Source: Trypanosoma brucei (lineage: Eukaryota). Taken from it: a stretch of DNA of 64,000 bases. The DNA is taken from contig CM000207.1 in the NCBI GenBank assembly GCA_000002445.1, forward strand, positions 2,336,001 through 2,400,000, written 5' to 3'. Position numbers and translations under genes: made by a program. Each line of letters opens with the position of its first letter. Position 1 is the first letter of the stretch. Shown here in pieces: positions 1 to 11,196 of the stretch. The notes beneath the pieces were generated by a model. It was not told the DNA's origin. It saw nothing but the letters and a program-made list of their open reading frames with translations, and did no database searches.

Positions 1-394
1 GATATATGGCAAGACGTGGAAATATCGTTACAACTCCACTGGTGTGCAGCAGTAAATTCAACTTGTTTGAAAAGTGATGATGCCTGCACTACTGGAACTA
101 ATAATAATAATTATTATTATTATTTTGGTGTATGAGGAACACGGGTGCAAGTGCCTTTCTTTACTTTGTACCGATTTGTGGTTTAGTTATTTCTTGTTTC
201 TTGTTTTATTTTATTTTGTTGTTATTACTTTTTTGTTTCGTTTACTCAAAATATTCCGCATCAAATCTAACAAACGAACATGATATGTGTAGTGTTCACC
301 TTTTCTTTTTCTCGTCTGAAGGTGTTTGTGCCGCGTGGATGGCTGCCGTCTTTATTCCCCACCCTTTCTACTTATTGCTTTTATTGTTTAAATA

Positions 395-449
395 CTCTCT
401 CTCTTTCTCTCTTCTTTCTTCTCTTTCCTCTCTCTCTCTCATTCTTCAC
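395..449 (+). promoter_or_regulatory. Polypyrimidine (CT-rich) tract upstream of ORF 519, candidate trans-splice acceptor signal
   Basis: About 55 nt of nearly pure C/T (ctctctctttctctcttctttcttctctttcctctctctctc) followed by AG dinucleotides about 50 nt before the ATG of the 3048-aa ORF. This matches the kinetoplastid splice-acceptor architecture. Confidence 0.5.
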
Positions 450-518
450 ATTCCATAAATTTATATTTCATGAAGAAGTGTCGCCAATACCGCGTGTATC
501 CTTGCGAGCGGTGGGGAA

Positions 519-3500
519 ATGCCCCCGTCCAAAGACTCGGCAACACCGCTGGACGCGGCAATTTTGTGCCACATTCGCACTCCATATTTAAGTGGTAGCG
601 GTCTCGTTGGAACCGTACAAACGCGGCTGAGCGCAACACTCGCAGATGTGCGACGGCTCCTCGAAAGTCTTGCGAGTCTCGCGCGCCAGGGTAATGATCG
701 CAACGTCGGTAATGCCATCGGGTCAAGTGAAGCCCCAGTCAACGTTTCAAAGGAGGAAATGCGTAAGATTATGTCGCATGCATTACATCCATTTGACTTG
801 AGTGCAGATTTCTCATTTGTGAGGGGCGGGTGCGGCGCCATGGTTCCACGGGAGCGTGAGAAAAGCACGCGGCTAGTGGATTTATTCCCACTATTACCAC
901 AGCTTTTTAGTGTAAATAAGAAGAATTATCATATCGGTTGGGCGATGGAGCCGCCCGCACCTCTAGTGAGAATTTTAGCGAGGTTGGAGGATATGGAAGT
1001 TTGCCGCAACGCCGTTGCCGTGCTGTTTGTGTCCATGCAAACACCGGACGAGATGTTGAAGGACCGACTGACGCTATACCAAAGCGCAGCCAATGTTGGG
1101 TTCTCTAGTAAATCCGCTCAGTTAAATAGTTTCAAGAAGTCTCTGAATCTTTGGAATTGCAACGTACGCGATTGTTTTGGGCGTACCGTTCTCCATGAGT
1201 CCGTCTACCACGGGAATAAGGAAGTAGTGGCACATTTGTTATCGCTACCATTCATACACACCAACGAGCAAGATGCACAGGGTCTGACGCCGCTGCACAT
1301 TGCAGTGAGGAAAGGTGATGAGCGTATTGTGTCACAGCTGTTGATGCGTGGTGTAGATGTACTCCTACAAGATGCAAGCGGGGATACGGCACTCCACACC
1401 GCCCTAAGACTTCGGGATAGTAGGCTGGTAGAGTTGCTCTGTCAGTGCTTGCGTGAGGCGGGCATTGGTGCAGAGAAGCTGAGTCAATATCGAAATAAAC
1501 GTGGCCTTTCACCTAGCGATGTCTTTAAACTCCGCTGGCCTACATTTTTTCAGTTGTGTGCGGTGGGCGACGTGCAGGCAATTCACACCTTGTATAATCA
1601 CTACCTATTCAAGTGCGATTTGGCACATGCTCCTGACAACCTGTTACATCAATCAGTAGTGCACGTGGCTGCCGCAGCCGGTCACGCTGATGTGGTAAGG
1701 TATTTGCTTGACGAGGTAGGGTTCGGACGAGCCAGGGCTGAATGCTTTATTAATAGCCGCCTGCAAACCCCACTGCATGTGGCAGCGGAGCGAGGTGAAT
1801 TTGCAACCGTGAAGTTCCTTTACGAGCGATATCCCAAATGGCTTGCTGCAAGAGATATTACTGGGGCGACGCCGTTAGTGGCAGTTCTCCGCAATCGAAG
1901 ACGGTGGGGGACTGCGATAGCAGAGTATTTCATTACCGTTGCATCGAGTGAAACCATTGCACCCAACACGTGCGATAATGGTGGCAATGGTGCTCTTCAT
2001 TTGCTGTGTGAGTTGGGTTTGTTTCACTTAGCAAGGTTGCTCGTTGAAAGTCATGGAGCGGACGTCAATCTAGCTCACACAGGAACAGTGAACACTCATC
2101 ACTTTCTGAGAGTGACGCGGCGGTCGAAGTCTCTAATGGAGCAAATGAAATGGAAATTGAAACATCAAAAGACGGGGAAACAGGCGAAGATGACGCCTAT
2201 CTTATGTGCCATTCGCGGAGGCCGTTGCGGTATAGATATCATAGAAATGTTGCTTTCACACGGTGCGGCAACCCGTGAGGATGAAATTGTTGAACTTCTG
2301 TTCTACTTGGTGTCAAACGAACACTACGAGGTAGCCGAGCGCGTCCTGGCAAGAGAAAATGTGAAGCCTCCTGGGCATAACGAGCTGCTATGCCGATTCT
2401 GCCGGGAAAAACATGTTGTTGGCATCAGCTGGTGCTCTAAACAGGGCTTCCGTCAACTGAACGTCATGCAGGAAAGCCATCACCCATTAGCTGTCAGTTC
2501 CGCTTTAGGAGATGCCGCTGCCGTAGCTATTCTTCTCGAGCACGGGGCAAACGCGAACATCGGTAAGAGCGTGTTGCACACACCCTTGGCACTTGCCATT
2601 AACGGGGGACACGACGATGTTGTTAGGTGTCTTGTACGGGCAGGGGCCTGTCTTCTATCGGCAGATGGCTCATGGAGTGCACTGCGCGCTGCTGTGAAGC
2701 GAGGGGAGGAGTTCATAATGGCTGGATTGTTGGCCGAGCCGTCCCTCCCTCCATCGGAAGTAGTGCATGCGATGGTGTTCGCGTTGCAGGATGCACGTGG
2801 AAGAGGCGTTGAGATCCGCGAGCGCCTCTGTGTACGTCTTGCTCGCGCACTGAACTTAGCTGAATGCGGCGGAGTGCACCCAACGGAGTTATTACACCTT
2901 GCAGCGAGCCGATCCTGCTTCGCAGTGGTACGGGTGCTGGTGGACAAGCTGCTGGCTCTTCCACGAGAGGAGTTGGAGAATATTCTGAAAGATGCTCCAG
3001 CGGCACCTTCACTCGCTTATGCGCTCATCGAGCCGAAGGCAGTTCCTTTGCCAAAGGGTGTGCCTAGTCGACTGTACGCACTTCACCCCTCACCAGCTCC
3101 CTTCAAGCGATTAATAACGTTGCGCACTTGGCAAGAAGGGTTGCACCACCGCCTGCATCTGCGGGATGCGTTTAGCTACTGTGCCAGTGCCCGAGAGGAG
3201 TCATTGCTCGAAACTCTGCTATTTGACGTCGGGCTGAAGCCCTGGGAAGGGCCTGATTTCCGGGGTTGGAATGCCGCTGACTATGCCGTTGCAAGTGGAC
3301 TATACAATTCTGTGCGTATTTTACTCGTCTCAGGGTTGGCCCCCCTCCGACACCACCACGTGCGTAGCGGTACGTGGCTGGGAATTCTTTGTCGCTCCAT
3401 GGTCACCCCCGCTGCACGACCTAGTGAAACTAATTTGCTGTACTTTACTTTGAAGCGTCTGGTGTGCGCGGGAGAGACCTTGCTGATTCGCCACATCCTC

Positions 3501-6500
3501 TGGGATGTCTGCCGGCGATGCGATGTCTCGGATATGAGGGACGCGAGTGTGTGGCTGACGGATGTTCTTTTGTGCTGCGCTCGCAGCCGAAGTCTGGAGA
3601 TTTTGCACATACTTACAAGGGAATTTCGCGTCACGTGGGGCAGGAAGTTCTTTCCTACAGCGGAACCACTGTTGATGGCAGTATTAAATAGTGACGCGGA
3701 GATGGCATTGTTTCTAATGACACACGGCGCTGTCCCCACGGCATTTGGCCCCATTCCCAAAATGCACGACAACGTTAAAGCTAGTTTCCTGCGGGAGGAG
3801 AGACGTGCTGTTTCCCCCTTATGGCTAGCTGCCCGCCTTGGGGAGACCGCCATCCTGCAGCAGTTGCTACAGTCAACGGATCTTCTGTGCCATGAAGCAA
3901 CGCTGGACAATTCCACCCAGTGTGGTGACATACTCCAGGCACTTATCGATGGAGCGACGCGGCGGGTCACGAAGGAGCGCGACGCGGGCATGGCTCGAAC
4001 TATCTTTATGCTGAAGCGTGCTGGATATTTGGCCCTAACTCCCGACGTTGTGAGGTGCGCCGCCAGAAAGGGGTTGGTACAAGTGGTGAATGCCCTCGTG
4101 GATTGTTACGGCCCCGATCCGTTTGTGGAAGACCTCAAGTGTGGAGGCTTGTGTGCCATACATTTTATGGTCGCCAACCCGGAGCTTTGTGGAACGCTGC
4201 GTTCGTTGCTTGTTGCGGGACGCAGCACAGCAACTGAAACTGTGGGGGGAAGTGTGTCCCTCGCCTCCGCTATGCTTGCGACACCATTCAGGGTTAACCC
4301 TGTCGATTACGCTCTGAGACATGGTTGCGCAGAGGGGGCTCTGCTTCTTCTTTGTTTAGGGCTTTACGGCAGCGGAACTGTGTTTGCAAAGCGAGCCCGC
4401 ACGTTGTCAGTGGTCATACGCCTCGCAGTGCAAAGGAGGTGCACAACGGGGTGGAGCGGCTACACAGCTTTGCACGCAGCGATTGAGATGCAGTGCCACA
4501 GTCTGGCGAAGACTATGGCTTGCGAAATGGCAGCGATTCATGGTCCCAACAGTGGCCCCTATGCAGAGATGACTATCAAAAATGATGACGCACCATCTCT
4601 TCACGCATTCATGGCGTTCCACTTGCGTGAAGCACACTTTGGAACGCTTCTTTCGTCCGGCGTGCCTCCAGTAGTGGATATCTCATCTCCCTGCGATATC
4701 CCGTACATTGTATGGAGCCCGCATGCGTCTGAGGGGCGCTTCAGGGAAGCCGTGCGGGAATCTGCCACGAGAGAGGGGCTGGAGCAGCCGCTAGATTTAA
4801 TGAAAGAGAGTCTCCGCGTTGAGGTGCGCCAGCACATGTTGTCCTACAACGAGAACATCTTTTTTCGGAGCCGATCGTTCGCAGTGACGGCACTGACACC
4901 GATGGCGTGCGCTGTTGCCGCGGGAAAGTTGTCGTGGGTGCAGTTATTTTCCAGTTGCGGAGTTTCCTTGACGAACGACAGTTCCATTATTGCCGCAAAG
5001 TATTCTGCAGTTTCGACGCAGGGACGAATTAAGGCTCCGCCGGTGTACAAACTCGTCGATATGAGAGACTCTAGGAAACGGAAGGCACCGAAATCGGTGA
5101 GAAGGAAGCACGTTTGCTCCAAGGACACTGGCGCGTGGCTGCTTACTGCCTACGTCCACAATCGTTGCCACATCTCCCCCATCATGCTTAGCATGGCAAT
5201 TGTCGTTGAGTGTGTTCGGTCGGGTGCCGTGGAACAGAGACTGCTTCAGCAGCTACAAATAATTCGCTATCTTCTTGGATCCGATGAATGTCCACTACGA
5301 GAGGAGGTGAATCTGTTGGCCATCGTAGCTGCAGAACTGCAACTGTGGGGGTTGCTTGAGGACACTGTGGTTACATTGGAGCGGTGCCGTGCCGTATTTG
5401 ACCCCATTAGCGAAGGGGATATACCGCCCTTTATGCACAATGTCGTTGGGAGTGCCCACCACGTAATGCATAAGGTGGCAAGAGTTGCACCACGGGAAAT
5501 AATTTTACTGGTTGCAAGAAACTCATCTTTCGTTCACGTCGAAGAGTTGTGCGACGCGAAGGGAAGGACGGCGCTTTACCACGCCCTGTATCACCCGACT
5601 CCGGCTGCTGTTGACACATTGCTGTCTCTTAATGTTTCGGTGAGTAAGCGCTGCTGCTCTGGGACGGGGCGTACTCCATTAATGGTTGCAAGTAAACTTG
5701 GGAAGCTCGGTCATGCGGAGAGGCTAATGCGAAAAGAGGTGTTGGACCTTGAGGACAACTACGGCAACACAGCCCTCCTGCTAGCTGCGGAAGGGGGTCA
5801 CAAACAAGTAGTGGAGTATCTTCTCGCGCAGGGAAGCTCGCCATCAACCAAAAATGCTAAAGGGATGACGGCGGTGATGGTGGCGGCGCTCGCGGGTCAT
5901 GATAGCCTCGCTGTTCCGATGGTTGAGAGATTCTCCGGCATATCGGACTTGTTTACTCCGCACACCACCATACTGCACTGCGCCGCTGTGGGAGGCGCCT
6001 GGGGTGTTGCAACCACAGTTGTGAGTTGTCTGGCGCAGGCAGACCCCTTAGCAGTGGACCACTTTGGATACACAGCCCTATTTCTCGCCCATGCATTTGG
6101 AAATGCGCGTGTCCTGCGCACGCTGCTTGGCGCTGTTCTCCACAAGGGTATTACCGTTCCCTCTTCTTTCGTCCGGGAGCGTCAGATAATCTCACGCTCA
6201 TCGGAACTTGTGCCGCGAGGGTGGCTTAAGGGAACCTTGTATTTGGCTGAAGCGGTGCTAGGCAACGGGCGGAAGGGCTCATCATCATCATTATCATCAT
6301 CACACTATGGTCCCATGCGCTCCAGTGAGACATTGTACGGTCATCGCACGTCCATCCGTCGTAATGATGTCCCTTTGCTTCTTTGGTGTGTACGGAACAA
6401 CAACACACTCGGTGTCCGTGTCTTGGGGGAGATCAATGTTGGTGATAATTGCTACGCTCTTCATGAGGCCGCCAGAAGTGGAAATGTGGAAATGGTAAAA

Positions 6501-9500
6501 CTGCTGCTGAAATTGGAGGTGAGCAGCCCTGATGTGTTAAATGAGTCGGGTATGCTTCCATTTGAGGTTGCCGCAGTGCATAAACATGTGGAATGTGCCT
6601 CTCTCATATTATTGCACACCAAGCTGGATCCTGTGCGGTTACGAGTGCACATCGATCACGGTGATGATCCGGACACCACAGCTAATAGTACAGACAGTAA
6701 CACCCATAACCCCATGCAACTTCTTGCATCTTCTGAGAATGCTGAGGTTTTTGCTGATGTGGTTGATTCAGTGCAACGCATGAGCGGTGACACGTGGCCT
6801 TCAGTGGCGCAGCAGCTGTTTGATACCCTTTCCACTCCAGGTCCTGATGGCATGACGGCGTTAGAGTTGCAGTTGGCTTTGGGAAGAGCTGCGGGGGCAT
6901 TACGGTTGGTGAAAATACTTCAGCGCCTGTCCCTAGATGTAGCAGGGAACTGTGCCTTTGCCGTGTCGAGCAGCATACTTCATCACCTTACAAATGTGTC
7001 CCCTGCAGTGCGTGTGCTTCTCCATGATATGTTTGGCCTCACGGATGTAGCCAAAGGCTACGGAATGAGGCGTCGCCGCTTCGGACGGCTGTCGTTCGCC
7101 GATGTTAGACTGATCGGCATCAGTGCGCTGCAGAGTGACGCTTATTGCGCGGCAGCAACCTCATCCATCTTCACTTTTGGGAACGAGGTCGGTGCAACAT
7201 CTTCACTATTAGAGCGACTTCCCTTTGAGGTTCGTTTTGTGCCCCGTCCGTTCGAACGACGGTCTGCAGCCGAGCGAGCAAAGCTCATCCGATGGCTTGG
7301 ATCCTCCCTTATACTGTCGAGCTACAAACAATTAAGGACATGCGCCCAGTTTGACGCGGTGGAGGTGGAGATCGTGTCCCACCCAGCAGAAGAGTTCGCC
7401 GAACTTGTGGGTGATCATTTACACCATTCAATTTACGTCGACGGCGACTGTCAGCTTGTGGTCCCGGATTTGAATATCATCCTTGGGTTTGCTACCCGAC
7501 GCGAGAAACAGCGGTTGCTGGACGAGGTAGAGCACCTCTGCGGTGTACTTACTGATACTATGCAGTCACTTCCCCATCCTGCGCTTAGTAAAGGTGAGGT
7601 CAAGGTGGACTGGCGCAACTGCAACATTGACGACGTGGAACAGGAGGCTATCGAGTGCCTCATTGAAAATGGGCTAAAGAAGCTGCGGGTGTTCTTGGAG
7701 GGAAATCTTAGGGACTGTCTTTGTGGTGTGAATATGACAGATATATTATCTGTGAAGTGTACTGCAGAACCCGTTACTGAGAAGGTACACATTACCTTTC
7801 AGTACACACGAGAAGCACTGAAAAAGTTTAAGCCATCCGCTACCGAGTTGGGAAGTACCGTTGATGGACTGTTGTGCGTTGTGCGATTTAGTGACGCGGG
7901 CATGGGTGGTTTGGATTTTGTTATGCGCTCGGTCCTGTATCCGGCTACCTTGTCCGACGTGAACTTGGTTGGCGTCAGCCGCATCCGTGATGCATGGGTT
8001 GCTGATGTGTCTCGCCGTGTAGGTCAGCGAATGGGTGGAGAGACAATAGCATTTAAACTCCAGCTCGAAGGAAGTGAATTGCATGAGCTTCCACTGCACC
8101 TTCTCAAGCGTATGATGGCTGATGTGACTGATGCCATAGCTATGCTGATGTCGCGGCCCAGTGCAAAAAAGCACCGATTTCTTGTTTCCCATATCGTAGG
8201 TGAGTCTTTGGCTTCTTCCCTGCGCGCTGTGTTTGTTCTCTTCTCCACGAGCCGGCAACCAACCGCGAGGCGGGCACAGGGTAATCTACTTATTTGCTTC
8301 AATGCCACAATGACGCCTACCATGTCAGATATCTACCAGTGTCTCCGCCGAAGTGCGTTAAAGGATGAGGCCGAGCGCTTAAAGGGGATGCTCATGTCTA
8401 TTGTCTCAACCATGGGTTTGCAACTCAGCGTTGCTCTTCCTGCAGTTCCACTTCTCATGGATGTGTTGGGTTCCTTAAGACATCAAGATACGGAGAATGT
8501 TGTGTCGTTTCTTTCAGTTCTCTGTCACAACGACGGCTCACTCGTGTTAAAGCCCCTCATCGAGGGTGTTTCCATTGGCTGGAAAACGGAGCTTGGGCGG
8601 GTTGTCCGGCGACACGTAAGGCAAATAAGCGTTGCATTGGAGGTGAACGGGGGGGCGTCCTGTGAATTGAAGGAAAACGGAACCTTTGTCTACAAGTGCC
8701 CGCTCAACTGTGCACATGCGGGGTCATACGCTGCGCATTCAAAGGGATTATTATCCGCACAACAGATTGCATCGTTGCTGCTTATTCAAATTGACGCGAT
8801 GGACCCCACAATGCGCAGCCTCATCAGCACAACAAAAGCCATGGCCTGCTGGTCCCGAGCTTGTGGCACCTGCACGCGCCTGTTAGATGCGGGGTCTCAA
8901 CGCTGTTCAATTGTAATTAAGAGGCGTAATATACTTGACCAACCAGTTGGGCAAAGTGCAAGTGATGCCTTCAGCTTCCGCGGCGGGTGGAGCGGGGTCA
9001 AGGTTAAGGGTAGTACAGGTGTGGTGCGATTCACAGCCCCAACCAAAGCTGGCTATTACCTCCAGCATATTTTGCTCAATGATCAGCCACTGTTTAACTC
9101 TCCACTTCGCATCAGGGTTCGACCGCTGGGCCCGCATCTGCCAAACACAAAAATCCTTTCCACCTTCAACGCTGTCGTGGTGAAACGTCCGTTTCATATT
9201 CAACTGTTGTTGCATGACCGGTACCTTAACCGCGTGGCTCACATTTGTCCGCTTCGAATTGAAGCGGTAGACGGCGGCGCGGTGCATGTTGCCGGTTGGA
9301 AGCGGCTTCATGTAGACACGGTAGAGGTGGAAGTAGTTGTAAAGGAAATTTGTGAACAGTGTTCACTGCGGTTTCGGTTATTGGCCCCGGGAGGTGCCGG
9401 AAACTTCGTAGTGGACTATACGGTTGCGTCTGTTACCCCTGACACGTACCGCCAACAGTTTGGACCGGTGAAAAGCCGACTCATGGCAAAAGGGCTGCAA

Positions 9501-9665
9501 GGGAAAACGGGAAGACCGCAGCGGCCGCCACCACCGCCCGTTGGAATAATGAGCAAAAGGCAAAAAAATGAGTCACGGACCCCACGATATATCTTCCCCC
9601 CGCTTAGGGCGGTTGCAAAAGGGGAGAAAAATACAAAAAGAAAAAGCAAGCCGCCAAGCACGTAA
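519..9665 (+). CDS. Giant ankyrin-repeat-containing protein (3048 aa), hypothetical
   Basis: Uninterrupted 9.1-kb ORF. There are multiple ankyrin-repeat signatures, for example GRTVLHESVYHGNKEVVAHLL, DAQGLTPLHIAVRKGDERIVSQLL, DASGDTALHTAL, NGGNGALHLLCELG, and a C-terminal cluster DNYGNTALLLAAEGGHKQVVEYLLAQGSSPSTKNAKGMTAVMVAALAGHDS. The C-terminus is proline/basic rich. No other recognisable catalytic motif. Confidence 0.85.
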   Translation: MPPSKDSATPLDAAILCHIRTPYLSGSGLVGTVQTRLSATLADVRRLLESLASLARQGNDRNVGNAIGSSEAPVNVSKEEMRKIMSHALHPFDLSADFSFVRGGCGAMVPREREKSTRLVDLFPLLPQLFSVNKKNYHIGWAMEPPAPLVRILARLEDMEVCRNAVAVLFVSMQTPDEMLKDRLTLYQSAANVGFSSKSAQLNSFKKSLNLWNCNVRDCFGRTVLHESVYHGNKEVVAHLLSLPFIHTNEQDAQGLTPLHIAVRKGDERIVSQLLMRGVDVLLQDASGDTALHTALRLRDSRLVELLCQCLREAGIGAEKLSQYRNKRGLSPSDVFKLRWPTFFQLCAVGDVQAIHTLYNHYLFKCDLAHAPDNLLHQSVVHVAAAAGHADVVRYLLDEVGFGRARAECFINSRLQTPLHVAAERGEFATVKFLYERYPKWLAARDITGATPLVAVLRNRRRWGTAIAEYFITVASSETIAPNTCDNGGNGALHLLCELGLFHLARLLVESHGADVNLAHTGTVNTHHFLRVTRRSKSLMEQMKWKLKHQKTGKQAKMTPILCAIRGGRCGIDIIEMLLSHGAATREDEIVELLFYLVSNEHYEVAERVLARENVKPPGHNELLCRFCREKHVVGISWCSKQGFRQLNVMQESHHPLAVSSALGDAAAVAILLEHGANANIGKSVLHTPLALAINGGHDDVVRCLVRAGACLLSADGSWSALRAAVKRGEEFIMAGLLAEPSLPPSEVVHAMVFALQDARGRGVEIRERLCVRLARALNLAECGGVHPTELLHLAASRSCFAVVRVLVDKLLALPREELENILKDAPAAPSLAYALIEPKAVPLPKGVPSRLYALHPSPAPFKRLITLRTWQEGLHHRLHLRDAFSYCASAREESLLETLLFDVGLKPWEGPDFRGWNAADYAVASGLYNSVRILLVSGLAPLRHHHVRSGTWLGILCRSMVTPAARPSETNLLYFTLKRLVCAGETLLIRHILWDVCRRCDVSDMRDASVWLTDVLLCCARSRSLEILHILTREFRVTWGRKFFPTAEPLLMAVLNSDAEMALFLMTHGAVPTAFGPIPKMHDNVKASFLREERRAVSPLWLAARLGETAILQQLLQSTDLLCHEATLDNSTQCGDILQALIDGATRRVTKERDAGMARTIFMLKRAGYLALTPDVVRCAARKGLVQVVNALVDCYGPDPFVEDLKCGGLCAIHFMVANPELCGTLRSLLVAGRSTATETVGGSVSLASAMLATPFRVNPVDYALRHGCAEGALLLLCLGLYGSGTVFAKRARTLSVVIRLAVQRRCTTGWSGYTALHAAIEMQCHSLAKTMACEMAAIHGPNSGPYAEMTIKNDDAPSLHAFMAFHLREAHFGTLLSSGVPPVVDISSPCDIPYIVWSPHASEGRFREAVRESATREGLEQPLDLMKESLRVEVRQHMLSYNENIFFRSRSFAVTALTPMACAVAAGKLSWVQLFSSCGVSLTNDSSIIAAKYSAVSTQGRIKAPPVYKLVDMRDSRKRKAPKSVRRKHVCSKDTGAWLLTAYVHNRCHISPIMLSMAIVVECVRSGAVEQRLLQQLQIIRYLLGSDECPLREEVNLLAIVAAELQLWGLLEDTVVTLERCRAVFDPISEGDIPPFMHNVVGSAHHVMHKVARVAPREIILLVARNSSFVHVEELCDAKGRTALYHALYHPTPAAVDTLLSLNVSVSKRCCSGTGRTPLMVASKLGKLGHAERLMRKEVLDLEDNYGNTALLLAAEGGHKQVVEYLLAQGSSPSTKNAKGMTAVMVAALAGHDSLAVPMVERFSGISDLFTPHTTILHCAAVGGAWGVATTVVSCLAQADPLAVDHFGYTALFLAHAFGNARVLRTLLGAVLHKGITVPSSFVRERQIISRSSELVPRGWLKGTLYLAEAVLGNGRKGSSSSLSSSHYGPMRSSETLYGHRTSIRRNDVPLLLWCVRNNNTLGVRVLGEINVGDNCYALHEAARSGNVEMVKLLLKLEVSSPDVLNESGMLPFEVAAVHKHVECASLILLHTKLDPVRLRVHIDHGDDPDTTANSTDSNTHNPMQLLASSENAEVFADVVDSVQRMSGDTWPSVAQQLFDTLSTPGPDGMTALELQLALGRAAGALRLVKILQRLSLDVAGNCAFAVSSSILHHLTNVSPAVRVLLHDMFGLTDVAKGYGMRRRRFGRLSFADVRLIGISALQSDAYCAAATSSIFTFGNEVGATSSLLERLPFEVRFVPRPFERRSAAERAKLIRWLGSSLILSSYKQLRTCAQFDAVEVEIVSHPAEEFAELVGDHLHHSIYVDGDCQLVVPDLNIILGFATRREKQRLLDEVEHLCGVLTDTMQSLPHPALSKGEVKVDWRNCNIDDVEQEAIECLIENGLKKLRVFLEGNLRDCLCGVNMTDILSVKCTAEPVTEKVHITFQYTREALKKFKPSATELGSTVDGLLCVVRFSDAGMGGLDFVMRSVLYPATLSDVNLVGVSRIRDAWVADVSRRVGQRMGGETIAFKLQLEGSELHELPLHLLKRMMADVTDAIAMLMSRPSAKKHRFLVSHIVGESLASSLRAVFVLFSTSRQPTARRAQGNLLICFNATMTPTMSDIYQCLRRSALKDEAERLKGMLMSIVSTMGLQLSVALPAVPLLMDVLGSLRHQDTENVVSFLSVLCHNDGSLVLKPLIEGVSIGWKTELGRVVRRHVRQISVALEVNGGASCELKENGTFVYKCPLNCAHAGSYAAHSKGLLSAQQIASLLLIQIDAMDPTMRSLISTTKAMACWSRACGTCTRLLDAGSQRCSIVIKRRNILDQPVGQSASDAFSFRGGWSGVKVKGSTGVVRFTAPTKAGYYLQHILLNDQPLFNSPLRIRVRPLGPHLPNTKILSTFNAVVVKRPFHIQLLLHDRYLNRVAHICPLRIEAVDGGAVHVAGWKRLHVDTVEVEVVVKEICEQCSLRFRLLAPGGAGNFVVDYTVASVTPDTYRQQFGPVKSRLMAKGLQGKTGRPQRPPPPPVGIMSKRQKNESRTPRYIFPPLRAVAKGEKNTKRKSKPPST

Positions 9666-10270
9666 CCTGCCATGAATACGGACTGGACTGTATTATTAAG
9701 CAGTCGTTTTGATAATGACTGTATATTTCCCCTGTGGAAAAGTCCAGTTGTTTTTACTACCGTGTAGTGATGACATTAGAACATTAGCGAATGGAAGAGG
9801 GTGTTCATCCCTTTCCGCAGTTCCTCTGTATATAGAGGTGAGGTGTCTCTCATCACCTGCAATTGCTTGCATAGAGACAACTAGACCAACCATGTGTAGG
9901 AAGAGAGGGAAGGAGAAAAAGAAAAGGAAACGAAAAGAAAAGAATTAAAAAAAAAAGAAAAGAAAAGCGTATACACACACGGATGGGGAAATGGCTGCAG
10001 AATCATGTGAGTGCGGGTCTGTTATTTACACCTTTCCTTCTCCTACCACCGCTGCCACTATTTTGTCGTATATTATTTTAACTTTCCCCTCGTGTATGGT
10101 GGCTTAACCCCCCCCCTCCCCCAACACACAAAATACTTTTTTGTTATTACCGCTGTGCGTGTCCTCTTTTTTCTGTTGCTGTTTTTTTTTTGTTCCTTTC
10201 ATGAAGGAGGTGAGAGGCGGCGGAAAAGAGAGAGGAAGAAGGAGAGCATTGTGTGATATGTTTACACACG

Positions 10271-10284
<14 letters not shown>

Positions 10285-10308
<24 letters not shown>
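10285..10308. repeat. (TA)n microsatellite, preceded by a (CA)n tract at about 10265–10280
   Basis: Direct reading: cacacacacatacatatatatatatatatatatatatatact. Confidence 0.9.
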
Positions 10309-10310
<2 letters not shown>

Positions 10311-10797
10311 TTTAACTTTTGAAACGGTGTCGTATGAAAAGCGCTTGCGGTTGCTTTTTATTTGCTTCCCTCCTTTTACTTCTTTGAACTAACTTTGATA
10401 TTGTTGTTGTTGTTCTTGTTGTTTGTCTTGGTAATTTCTTTGTTGGACGAATCAAATAGATCTCAACACCTCCACAGCTGGATGATGTATACCGCTGTAT
10501 TGCTGAAGTATCGCGTGGAAAAAAAATAAAATAACGGTAATAGCGGTAAGAGAGAGCGAGAAACACTGCCTCACGGGTTGTGTGGTGTTCGCATCCACTT
10601 ACTCTAAGGTACAATAAACTTCTTTTTTTTTTTTTGCTCTTCCCTCAACATCGCATCATATTCATTTTTCTTTTGCCTCTCCATTCTGTACCATAATCCA
10701 ATGACTACACACGCGCGTGTGTAAAATTACATTTGTACATATTTGTACATATATATATATATATATATATATAGGAAAGGAGAGAAGCCAGTTCAAG

Positions 10798-11196
10798 ATG
10801 GTCAAGCCGTTTGTGCCGAGGAACATCGTGAAGAAGCGGACGAAGAAGTTCACACGTCATCGTTGTGAACTCTTCCCTCAACTGAGCAGCAGTTGGCGTA
10901 AACCCCGTGGTGAGGACTCCCCGGTTCGTCGCCGCTACAAGGGACAGAAAGCCATGCCTAACAAAGGTTATGGAAGCGACCGCAAGACAAAGTATATCAC
11001 CCCGTCAGGCTTCAAAAACTTTCCCGTCAACAATGTGCAGGACCTTTACATGCTCCTCATGCAAAACCGCAAATACGCTGGAGTGATTTCACATACTGTG
11101 GGAGCAAAGGCACGTAAGGCAATTGTCCGCAAGGCCCATGAACTTGACGTACGCCTCATCAACGGTAACGCCAAGTTGAGGAAGGTCCAGGTGTAA
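10798..11196 (+). CDS. RPL32: 60S ribosomal protein eL32
   Basis: Translation MVKPFVPRNIVKKRTKKFTRHRCELFPQLSSSWRKPRGEDSPVRRRYKGQKAMPNKGYGSDRKTKYITPSGFKNFPVNNVQDLYMLLMQNRKYAGVISHTVGAKARKAIVRKAHELDVRLINGNAKLRKVQV is a typical eL32 (about 133 aa, basic). The provided ORF begins at 10717 inside a (TA)n tract. The conserved start MVKPF is the ATG at 10798. Confidence 0.9.
   Translation: MVKPFVPRNIVKKRTKKFTRHRCELFPQLSSSWRKPRGEDSPVRRRYKGQKAMPNKGYGSDRKTKYITPSGFKNFPVNNVQDLYMLLMQNRKYAGVISHTVGAKARKAIVRKAHELDVRLINGNAKLRKVQV

Noticed and set aside
461-868. Minus-strand ORF (135 aa) overlapping the start of the giant gene, and many 60–170 aa ORFs on both strands inside 519..9665
   Set aside because: They are fully contained within, or antisense to, a long coherent 3048-aa reading frame, and have no motifs. 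These are typical spurious overlaps.
10717-10797. 27-aa N-terminal extension of the eL32 ORF (MCKITFVHICTYIYIYIYIGKERSQFK)
   Set aside because: It is encoded by a (TA)n microsatellite immediately upstream. The conserved eL32 N-terminus MVKPF starts at the internal ATG at 10798, so the extension is an ORF-finder artefact.
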